Made by a program: the position numbers and the translations under genes. From a virus (lineage: Duplodnaviria; Caudoviricetes): 56,226 nt of DNA. How positions within the stretch are numbered: the stretch's first letter is position 1; every line of letters starts with the position of its first letter. The notes under the pieces are model-generated. The model was given only the letters and a program-made list of their open reading frames with translations. It had not been told where the DNA came from and ran no database searches. The stretch spans positions 1 to 56,226 of the IMG/VR virus record IMGVR_UViG_3300037424_002033; one strand, written 5' to 3'. This document shows, in pieces, positions 16,267 to 23,647 of the stretch.

Positions 16267-17823
16267 GTGGCGATGATCGGTGGCGGCGGTTGGGGACTGA
16301 AGATAACGGCGCCCGTCGTGGCGGTGCCCGTGGTCACCGTCCCGACTCCACCGGTGAGCACCGCGCCTACGAAGGGCATCGCCCCTGGTATTACTCCGCC
16401 GATCATGGCGGCTCCGGCTCCGATCGTTTCGGAGCCACCGAAGCAGATCGCGCCGGTGATCGTCGTCCCGACTCCGACCGTTCCAACGCCTCCGGCCGCC
16501 CCGGAGCCGCCTCCGCCGGTGGCATGGCCGTCTCCGATCGTTCAGCCGCCGAAGCAGATCGCGCCGGTGATCCCCGTTCCGCCTCCGCCGGCAGCGCCGG
16601 CCCCGCCGCCGGTTGCCATCCCCAGCCCGCCGATTGCGACCCCGCCGGTCGTGATCCCGCCGGTGATCTGGCCCCCGCCTCCCGCGCCGGAGCCGGAGCC
16701 GCCAAAGCAGATCGCTCCGGTGATCCCGATTCCTACCCCTACCGTTCCCACGCCGCCCATCATCATCGAGCCGCCACCCGTGGCATGGCCGTCTCCGATG
16801 CTGCCAGCGCCGGAGCCTCCCAAGCAGATCGCGCCGATCGTCACCCTGCCAGTGATCACCGTGCCGACTCCGCCCGTCGTGGATCCTGTGCCGCCGCCCG
16901 TAGCGTGGCCCTCTCCTCCCATGATCACGATTCCGGTTCAGCCGCCGGTCACGATCCCGGTTCAGCCGCCGGTGGCCATCGTGACCCCTCCGGTGGCAAC
17001 GCAGCCGATCATGCCGTCGCCGAAGGAGCCGGAGCCGGAGCCGATCTCGAAGATCAACCCGGTGATCCCGATTCCAGCGCCGCCACCGATCTTCGCGCCT
17101 CCTCCGGAACTCATCCCCACGCCGACGGTTCCGACGCCGCCCTCGTTCCCGGTCATCGTGACGCAACCTCTCCCGATCATCGTAGCGCCGTCGCCTCCGC
17201 CGTTCGTGCCTGCCCCTCCGATGCCGCTTCCTCCGGCGATCGTCGAGTCGCCAGTAGTTGCCACGCCGCCGATTTCACTTTCGCCGATCGAGACAGCAAT
17301 GAAGGAGTCTGTGATGCGTCAAGAACTGCCCGTCGAGATGCCGCAGGCGCCGACTCCGGAAAAGCTTCTCACGATCATGCCGATCCAGCAGGCGCCGTCT
17401 CCGTTCAAGACGTCGATCTCCTCGAACGACGTGATCCCGTCGTCGCCGGTTGCAACCCAGCCCGCGACTCCGGCCCCAGAGGTCGTCGCCACGCCGATCA
17501 CGATCATGCCGGTGAACCCGCCCGGCGGCCAACCCTTCGCGCCCAAGGCGCCCATTTACGGCACGCCGGAGTGGTGGGCGGCTAGCGGCTCCGGCTCGGC
17601 CACGATCCCCACCTCGACCGTGCCCACGCCTCCGGCGACCCAGCCGAACGTGACCGTCTCGCCGGTGGAGATGGCCGGCGGGCAAGCGGTGGCGGCCCCG
17701 GCCGCGGGCGGCATGGGTGCTGTGCTCGCGCTCGGCGCTGGCGGCTTCCTCGTTGGGGGCCCCGTCGGAGCGATGGTCGGGCTCGCCACCGGGTTCTTCC
17801 TCGGAAAGAAGGCGGCGCCATGA
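16267..17823 (+). CDS. Very Pro-rich, extensin-like repetitive protein with C-terminal glycine-zipper anchor
   Basis: Repeats PPKQIAP (x4) and PPPVAWPSP (x3); C-terminal GAGGFLVGGPVGAMVG. Confidence 0.8.
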   Translation: MAMIGGGGWGLKITAPVVAVPVVTVPTPPVSTAPTKGIAPGITPPIMAAPAPIVSEPPKQIAPVIVVPTPTVPTPPAAPEPPPPVAWPSPIVQPPKQIAPVIPVPPPPAAPAPPPVAIPSPPIATPPVVIPPVIWPPPPAPEPEPPKQIAPVIPIPTPTVPTPPIIIEPPPVAWPSPMLPAPEPPKQIAPIVTLPVITVPTPPVVDPVPPPVAWPSPPMITIPVQPPVTIPVQPPVAIVTPPVATQPIMPSPKEPEPEPISKINPVIPIPAPPPIFAPPPELIPTPTVPTPPSFPVIVTQPLPIIVAPSPPPFVPAPPMPLPPAIVESPVVATPPISLSPIETAMKESVMRQELPVEMPQAPTPEKLLTIMPIQQAPSPFKTSISSNDVIPSSPVATQPATPAPEVVATPITIMPVNPPGGQPFAPKAPIYGTPEWWAASGSGSATIPTSTVPTPPATQPNVTVSPVEMAGGQAVAAPAAGGMGAVLALGAGGFLVGGPVGAMVGLATGFFLGKKAAP

Positions 17824-18221
17824 TCATCCACTACAACTTCGGCGCCCTCTCCCCGGGGGTCTCCGTGCCCAAGGAGTTCATCCCCGTCACGCTGCCCGAC
17901 GGGCGCGTGCTCCGCTCGCCGACGATCACCTCGGGGCTCGAAGTCATGGCGCGGGGTCTCGAAGCACAGGGGAAGACGGCCGAGGCGGCGGCTGTGCGAG
18001 CGATGGACGCGCAGGGCGGGCTCGCCAAGATCCCCACCGCAACCGTGGCGGCTCCGGCCGTTGGCTGGGGCATCGGAGCCGGTGCCGGCGTCGGAGCCGG
18101 TGCGCCCGCAGCCGGCGGGATCATGACGCCGCTCGCCCTCGCGGCCGGCGGGTTCTTCGTCGGCGGCCCCATCGGTGCCGCTGCCGGCGCCGCGGTCGGA
18201 TTTTTCCTCGGCAGAAAGTAG
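17820..18221 (+). CDS. Glycine-zipper virion membrane protein
   Basis: MIIHYNFGA; ends AGGFFVGGPIGAAAGAAVGFFLGRK. Confidence 0.75.
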   Translation: MIIHYNFGALSPGVSVPKEFIPVTLPDGRVLRSPTITSGLEVMARGLEAQGKTAEAAAVRAMDAQGGLAKIPTATVAAPAVGWGIGAGAGVGAGAPAAGGIMTPLALAAGGFFVGGPIGAAAGAAVGFFLGRK

Positions 18222-18227
18222 GAGGAA

Positions 18228-18620
18228 GTGATGGCATACGGATCGTGGAACCTCGGTGATCTCTACGCGGGCGTCTACAACTCCGCGGAGGTCACCCGGC
18301 TGCAAAAGATGCTCGTTTCTTTAGGCTACCGGATCGCCGTCGATGGTGACTTCGGTTCCGAGACGGACACGGCGGTGCGGCAGTTTCAGACCATGGCCGG
18401 GCTGCGCGCGTCCGGCGTGGTGGACAACCTCACCGCGCAGGCGATCGAGGCGTCGGTCGATCAGGGGCTCACCCCCGGCGCCTCCTCCTACGGGCCACCG
18501 CAGGCTGGCGCCCCGGCCATCCCGCCAGTCAAGGCTGGCGGCGTCTCGCCGCTCCTCATCGCTGCCGGCGTCGGCGTCGGCATCCTGCTCCTCTCTTCAA
18601 GCGGCAAGCGTCGGAGGTAG
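18228..18620 (+). CDS. Peptidoglycan-binding domain protein with C-terminal TM
   Basis: V..LQ..L...GY....DGDFG..T..AV..FQ...GL...GVV (PG_binding_1 pattern). Confidence 0.85.
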   Translation: MMAYGSWNLGDLYAGVYNSAEVTRLQKMLVSLGYRIAVDGDFGSETDTAVRQFQTMAGLRASGVVDNLTAQAIEASVDQGLTPGASSYGPPQAGAPAIPPVKAGGVSPLLIAAGVGVGILLLSSSGKRRR

Positions 18621-18622
18621 TC

Positions 18623-18943
18623 ATGGCCTACGGAGCGGTTCAGCACTCGGCGGCAAGGATCAAGGCGGCATTCTGGCGTGGAGCGCCGAAGGGCATGAAC
18701 AAGCGCGTTTCGATCCGCGTGGAGATCGGCCGTTCGATGCGCCAGCGTCTTCCGTGGTGGGCGGGCCCCAAGGATGCCAAGGGGCCTGTTTGGAAGTCGC
18801 GTGTGAAGTCACTCGGACCCGGCTATTCGGCCCGCGCGTGCATCGTCGGCGGCCGTGAGCGCCGCTGTACCTACGCGGAGGGAAGGTCCCCGACCCTCGC
18901 GTTCAAGTCGGCAGTTCGGAAGCTCTTGAAGAAGACGAGGTGA
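18623..18943 (+). CDS. Basic protein, GRTPT family paralog 3
   Basis: YSARAC...RC...GRSPTLAF. Confidence 0.7.
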   Translation: MAYGAVQHSAARIKAAFWRGAPKGMNKRVSIRVEIGRSMRQRLPWWAGPKDAKGPVWKSRVKSLGPGYSARACIVGGRERRCTYAEGRSPTLAFKSAVRKLLKKTR

Positions 18944-18946
18944 GCC

Positions 18947-19237
18947 GTGGCGTTCATCACCGACGTGATGCGTGAAGCGGTCGGCCGGGTCGAGGTCAGG
19001 ACGACCCTCGGCCCGCCGATCGTCATCGACGATCCCTTCGCGCCGGCCGGTGGTGAGCCCTCGTTCGCGGTGAGGCTCTTGAAGCCGTCGATCACCCTCT
19101 TCGACAAGGGCGGAGTCGAGCTTCACTCGATCGCACCGGAGGGTGATCCCGGCACCTCGAAGTGGCCCCTCGTCGTGTTCTCGGTCGGAATCCTGCTCGC
19201 GCTCAACCTGCGCGGCTTGCTGCGGAAGCGAGGCTAG
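18947..19237 (+). CDS. Small protein with C-terminal TM
   Basis: WPLVVFSVGILLAL. Confidence 0.7.
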   Translation: MAFITDVMREAVGRVEVRTTLGPPIVIDDPFAPAGGEPSFAVRLLKPSITLFDKGGVELHSIAPEGDPGTSKWPLVVFSVGILLALNLRGLLRKRG

Positions 19238-19266
19238 CTCGAATGCCGCGGATCCCTGAAGAGGCG

Positions 19267-19431
19267 ATGAAGCGCCCGCTGACGTGGATCGCGGTGACGC
19301 TCGTGCTTGCCCTGACGGGGCTCACCGGCTACGTGATGACGAAGCAAGCGGAGAAGCTCGAATCGCTCTCACGCGAGGTCGATCACCTCGCCACTCTCGT
19401 CGATCTCACCTGCCGCCCGGCGAAGGAGTAG
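19267..19431 (+). CDS. Small single-pass membrane protein
   Basis: MKRPLTWIAVTLVLALTGLTGY; start uncertain. Confidence 0.55.
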   Translation: MKRPLTWIAVTLVLALTGLTGYVMTKQAEKLESLSREVDHLATLVDLTCRPAKE

Positions 19432-19434
19432 CTC

Positions 19435-20664
19435 GTGGCAATCTATCCGTTCTCGCCGACTGACATGCGGTACCCGATCAAGGCATACATCGACGATGTC
19501 TCCGCTGGGGGTCCGGTCGGCGCGTTCGGGATCCCGCTCGTCGCCACCGAGTCTCCGATCCCGCGGATGCAGCTTTCGTTTCCGTACAATATCAACACCG
19601 CCAACGTCACGGCGATCAACGCCAACGGCGGCACCGTCACGCAGGCGAACGGGAAGGCTATCCTTCAGACCTCGGCCGCGAACAATGGCTCGTCGATCCT
19701 GCGCAGCCGCTTCGCCGCGCGCTACACACCCGGCCAGGGGCAAGCGATCAAGTTCACCGCCATCTTCACGCCCGGAGTGGCGAACTCGCGGCAAGAGATC
19801 GGCGTAGGCGACGCCACCGACGGCTTCTTCTTCGGCTACGTCGGCGCCGTCTTCGGCATCATCCGCCGCCGCGGAGGAGTGGACGACTTCATCCCGCAAT
19901 CGACGTGGAACGGCACCTTCAACGGGGCGTCGAGCACGCCCGTCAACTTCAACCCGGCCGATGGCTTCGGCAACGTCTACACGATCCGATATCAATGGCT
20001 TGGGTTCGGTGACATCTACTTCTTCATCGAAGATCAAGAGACGGGCTTCTCGTTCCTCGTTCACACGATCCGGTATGCCAGCACGCAGGCGATCCCGTCG
20101 ATCCTGAATCCGTCGCTGCCGCTGTGGGCCCGCGCGGTGAACAGCGGCAACGCGACGAACATCACGCTTCAGACGCCGTCGATGGGTGCCTACTGTGAAG
20201 GCCCGTACAACCCTTACGGCCCCAACTTCGCGGTTGGCAACCGGAAGACGGCGATCACCACCGAGACGAGCATCTTCACCATTCGGAACAATCTCACCGT
20301 CTTCGGTGGCCCGGCGAATAATAACCGATCGAACCTGCGCATCGACACGATCTCAGGATCGCTCTCCGGTGCCGCCGACTCGCAGGTCCGCGCGGTGCTG
20401 AACGCAACGCTCGGCGGAGCCCCCGTGTTCAACGACATCGACGTGAACACGTCGATCGTCGCGATCGACGTGGCCGGTACGACCGTGACCGGCGGGCGCG
20501 AGATCCCGATTCGCATCCCCTCCACCGGGAACGCGCAATTCGCGATCGATATCTCGGACATCGAGGAGCGGCTCGCGCCGGGTGACACGCTCACCTTTGC
20601 GGGATCGAGCTTCGCCGGGGCGGTGGTGGTCAACGGGGGTTTCGGTTGGACGGAAGAGGTGTGA
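19435..20664 (+). CDS. Beta-rich structural protein (lectin-like spike or vertex)
   Basis: RYTPGQG and NVYTIRYQWLGFG motifs; Thr/Asn/Gly-rich. Confidence 0.7.
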   Translation: MAIYPFSPTDMRYPIKAYIDDVSAGGPVGAFGIPLVATESPIPRMQLSFPYNINTANVTAINANGGTVTQANGKAILQTSAANNGSSILRSRFAARYTPGQGQAIKFTAIFTPGVANSRQEIGVGDATDGFFFGYVGAVFGIIRRRGGVDDFIPQSTWNGTFNGASSTPVNFNPADGFGNVYTIRYQWLGFGDIYFFIEDQETGFSFLVHTIRYASTQAIPSILNPSLPLWARAVNSGNATNITLQTPSMGAYCEGPYNPYGPNFAVGNRKTAITTETSIFTIRNNLTVFGGPANNNRSNLRIDTISGSLSGAADSQVRAVLNATLGGAPVFNDIDVNTSIVAIDVAGTTVTGGREIPIRIPSTGNAQFAIDISDIEERLAPGDTLTFAGSSFAGAVVVNGGFGWTEEV

Positions 20665-20834
20665 GCTACCTCGGTGTCAGACGGCGCAGGAAGTCTGAAG
20701 ACTTCGCCGTCTTCGTCCAGCTTCATTACTGCCAGTGTTCGCACCACTTCGACGTTCACAAGAACGGAACCCGTTGCACCGTGAAGAACTGCCCGTGCGA
20801 GTTCTTCCGGGTCTCCGCACGCGGGGGTAAGTGA
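20661..20834 (+). CDS. Small Cys/His zinc-finger protein
   Basis: CQCSH..H....C....CPC..F. Confidence 0.55.
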   Translation: MSYLGVRRRRKSEDFAVFVQLHYCQCSHHFDVHKNGTRCTVKNCPCEFFRVSARGGK

Positions 20835-21277
20835 TGCCGGCTCCCAGAGGCTACAAGAGGAAGAAGCTGAAGTCGTGGCGGAAGTTCTGCGCGCCGGGCT
20901 CGATCCGCACCATCCTCTCGGGCAAGGCCCGCGTGCTCGTGTGCTGCCCGCGCTCTCACTGGAAGCGTGGCCGGTGCAAGGTCGGGATGCGCGCCGTCTC
21001 GCTCGACGTGCCCCGCTCGTTCGGCGACGTCCGCGTGAGCTTGCCGAAGTCGGCGTACTATGCGCTCGAACTCGACAATAGCGGCCGGTGGCCGGGGTTG
21101 GAGCGGGTGAAGGGTCGGATCTACACGATGCCCGACGACACGGCGCACTCACTTCTCGGTGAGGCAAAGATCCGTGGCATGTCGAAGGAAGCGTCGGGCT
21201 ACGATCTCATGTCGGCGAAGGACCGGGCCGGCGCTCGGATCGCCGCGAAGAATCTCTCGAAGGCCCTGGGGAAGTGA
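20834..21277 (+). CDS. Basic Cys-containing protein with two parts separated by FGD
   Basis: SIRTI...VCCP...W...C.VG...PRSFGD. Confidence 0.7.
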   Translation: MPAPRGYKRKKLKSWRKFCAPGSIRTILSGKARVLVCCPRSHWKRGRCKVGMRAVSLDVPRSFGDVRVSLPKSAYYALELDNSGRWPGLERVKGRIYTMPDDTAHSLLGEAKIRGMSKEASGYDLMSAKDRAGARIAAKNLSKALGK

Positions 21278-21278
21278 G

Positions 21279-21974
21279 ATGAGGTTCACGCGGCAGCAAA
21301 TCCTTCTCGCGATCCTCGGCGGTGCCGCCGCGGTGCTCGCGTTCACGAAGCGGGAGTCGATCATGCTCTACGGTGCGAAGGCGCTCGAAGCCGGCAAGGA
21401 AGCGGCGTTCCGCGCGGCGCTATCTTCCCAGGCAAAGCCGTACTCCGCGGTGATCCTGCAAGCCGCGCGCGACACCGGCGTTGACCCGTTCATCATCTAC
21501 GCGCTCGGCCAGCGGGAATCGAGGTGGGGCGCGGCGCTCAACGCGAACGGCACCGGCGACGCCGGCCACGGCCACGGGCTCATGCAGATCGACGACCGGA
21601 GCTTCCTCTCGTGGCTCGAATCTCACGACTGGCGCGACCCGTACACGAACGTGCGGAAGGGAGCCGAGATCCTCCGCGACAAGATGCGGTTCTTCGAGGG
21701 CCGCTCCGCGGTGCAAGGCTACACCGACGGCGTGAACGTCTCGGTGGACAAGTCCGCCGAACGCTTCGGGGTGCAGCCGGGTCTCTACCCGGACCCCCGC
21801 CCGCTCATCGGATCGCGGCTCGTCGAGGCCGGCATCGCCTCCTACAACACCGGTGAGGGGAATGTGCTCATGGCGCTCGCCGTGGGAGCCGACGTCGATA
21901 CGACCACGGCCGGCGGCGACTACTACGCCGACGTTTGGAGCAAGATGCTCGACGCCGTCTCCCGATTCGCGTGA
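21279..21974 (+). CDS. Membrane-anchored lytic transglycosylase (SLT / goose lysozyme-like)
   Basis: N-terminal TM; RES, GLMQ and SYNTG motifs. Confidence 0.9.
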   Translation: MRFTRQQILLAILGGAAAVLAFTKRESIMLYGAKALEAGKEAAFRAALSSQAKPYSAVILQAARDTGVDPFIIYALGQRESRWGAALNANGTGDAGHGHGLMQIDDRSFLSWLESHDWRDPYTNVRKGAEILRDKMRFFEGRSAVQGYTDGVNVSVDKSAERFGVQPGLYPDPRPLIGSRLVEAGIASYNTGEGNVLMALAVGADVDTTTAGGDYYADVWSKMLDAVSRFA

Positions 21975-21977
21975 GGC

Positions 21978-22006
21978 TTGACGCCGCACGAGGAGCCGGC
22001 TAGGCT
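21978..22006 (+). promoter_or_regulatory. Sigma70-like promoter
   Basis: TTGACG, 17 nt spacer, TAGGCT. Confidence 0.65.
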
Positions 22007-22011
22007 CATCG

Positions 22012-22105
22012 TCAGGCGCCTCCCCAGGCGCCCCTCGATCGGAGCCTCCTCGCCCTGATCCTGCCCGTGGGGGGGCCCCGGACTTCGCGTCCGGGGCCCT
22101 CTTTT
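22012..22105 (+). ncRNA. Candidate small RNA of about 90-95 nt
   Basis: Lies between a promoter and an intrinsic terminator; no ORF; C-rich CCTCCC/CCTCCT motifs. Confidence 0.45.
22071..22105 (+). terminator. Intrinsic terminator between the convergent arms
   Basis: GGGCCCCGGAC-TTCGC-GTCCGGGGCCC stem followed by TCTTTT. Confidence 0.85.
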
Positions 22106-22931
22106 ACTTCAGGGCGGCGGCGAGGATCGCAGTCTCTGGCCTAGACTGCATCGCGGCGAGTCCGGCCGCACCGAGCGCCTCGCGCTGGGCTTCGTCTGCA
22201 AGGAGCCCAAGCGTGGCATCGACGAGCGCCGAATAGTCGGCCCAGGCGAGCGCGCCTTCGAGGCCCGGCTGCACCGGCCCTTCGGAGAGAACGCACTTCG
22301 AATTCGCGAGCAAGTAGCTCACGCGCACCATCTCGAAGACTTGCGCGTCGTAGTAATGCAGGTTGAGCACGATTTTCGAGCGCGCGATCAGGAAGTCGCG
22401 CTCGTTCCCGTAGTAGCCGAAGATCCGGTGAACCTTCACGCCACGGTTAGCTAGTGCGTCGATGACGTGTCCACGGCGCGCGTTTATCGATCCGTAGAAG
22501 AGAACGTCGATGTCCTGCCGCGCTGGCGGCAGGTTGCTTATGCGCGTGAGACATGGCATGTGGCCGATCGGCACGACCTTCGGAGTCGGTAGGCCGAGCG
22601 ACGAGAAGCGGGCGGCGTTCGCCGCGTCGTAATCCCACGTCTCGTGTTTCGCGAGTAGCTCGCGGTAGCCCGCGTCGAACCACGCCGATCCGACTTGCTC
22701 TAGGTTGTAGATGATCGCGTCGGGCGGAAGCTCATAGCACAAGTGTGCGCCGAGCACGATCAACCGCGACGTGATGCGGCCGACGTAGCGCGGAAGCTCG
22801 ATGATGCCTCCGCCAAAATTGAGCGCGCGTAGCGCGTCGGAGAGCGTCTCGGCGACTTCGCGGAGTGCTTCGACGTGCGGGTATCCTGGCGGCTTCACGA
22901 TCGCGACTTGCATGGCTCCCGCGACTTGCAT
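22104..22931 (-). CDS. Glycosyltransferase (GT-B-like)
   Basis: IIYNLEQ, DIDVLFYGS..RR, SKIVLNLH, FE.VR..YLLAN; start at 22931 or 22913. Confidence 0.8.
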   Translation of the reverse strand: MQVAGAMQVAIVKPPGYPHVEALREVAETLSDALRALNFGGGIIELPRYVGRITSRLIVLGAHLCYELPPDAIIYNLEQVGSAWFDAGYRELLAKHETWDYDAANAARFSSLGLPTPKVVPIGHMPCLTRISNLPPARQDIDVLFYGSINARRGHVIDALANRGVKVHRIFGYYGNERDFLIARSKIVLNLHYYDAQVFEMVRVSYLLANSKCVLSEGPVQPGLEGALAWADYSALVDATLGLLADEAQREALGAAGLAAMQSRPETAILAAALK

Positions 22932-22933
22932 GG

Positions 22934-23647
22934 TTACCTCCGGGCGATGAGCGCGAGGGCCGCCGGCCACTCGAACGCGACGATCTCGACGGCGGAGAAA
23001 CCGGCCGCGATCGGCCACCGCCACGCATCGGCCCCGAACTCGGTGTGGACGCGGAGCCCTCGGTGTTCGGCCTCTGCCCCGCCGAGCCCGGGGTCGCCGT
23101 GATAGCTCGCCGGCATCCCGAGCCGGCTGGCCGTCATGCGATCGATGATGATCGGGACGGTGTAGATGCACGCGCCGCCGTAGCGGAGCACGCGGCGGCA
23201 CTCCGCCAGCCCAGCGACCGGATCGAAGACGTGTTCGAGCGTGTCGGAGTGAACGACGAGATCGAACGAGTGGTCGGCGATGCCCACCATGTTCGTCATG
23301 TCGATCTGGGGCCACTCGACGAGCCGGTGTCCCTTCGATAGCGCGAGGTGCGGCGTGAGAGATCCGGCACGGTTCACTTCGAGGATATCCCGGCCCGAAC
23401 CGTGAAGGTGAGTGCGAAGCGTGTCCCACGGCTCGAAGTTGCCACGGGAGAGCGGTGAGAGCCAACACCTGATCGCGTGCGCGAGCGCGATGGAGCGGAG
23501 GTTCGAGCCGCACTTCGTGCAGATCGTGCCTTGCTGCCGATCGATATACTTCACCTCGTGCGGCGCGAGCCCCCACGCCGAGATCAACTCGGGCCACAGG
23601 ATCTTCGAGTCGGAGAACTTGTCACCACCGCAGACGGCGCAGATCAC
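22934..23647 (-). CDS. Class I SAM-dependent methyltransferase with N-terminal Zn ribbon
   Basis: CAVC...CTKC; FDLVVHSDTLEHV...CRRVL..GG; GTG start coupled to the upstream stop. Confidence 0.8.
   Translation of the reverse strand: MICAVCGGDKFSDSKILWPELISAWGLAPHEVKYIDRQQGTICTKCGSNLRSIALAHAIRCWLSPLSRGNFEPWDTLRTHLHGSGRDILEVNRAGSLTPHLALSKGHRLVEWPQIDMTNMVGIADHSFDLVVHSDTLEHVFDPVAGLAECRRVLRYGGACIYTVPIIIDRMTASRLGMPASYHGDPGLGGAEAEHRGLRVHTEFGADAWRWPIAAGFSAVEIVAFEWPAALALIARR

Noticed and set aside
16400-17100. Repeated DNA units that could suggest a CRISPR array or DGR template
   Set aside because: In-frame coding repeats of the Pro-rich protein with irregular spacing; no reverse transcriptase or cas operon
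22010-22105. Possible tRNA in the intergenic gap
   Set aside because: No cloverleaf, T-loop GTTC or CCA end; I recognised no tRNA or rRNA anywhere in the window
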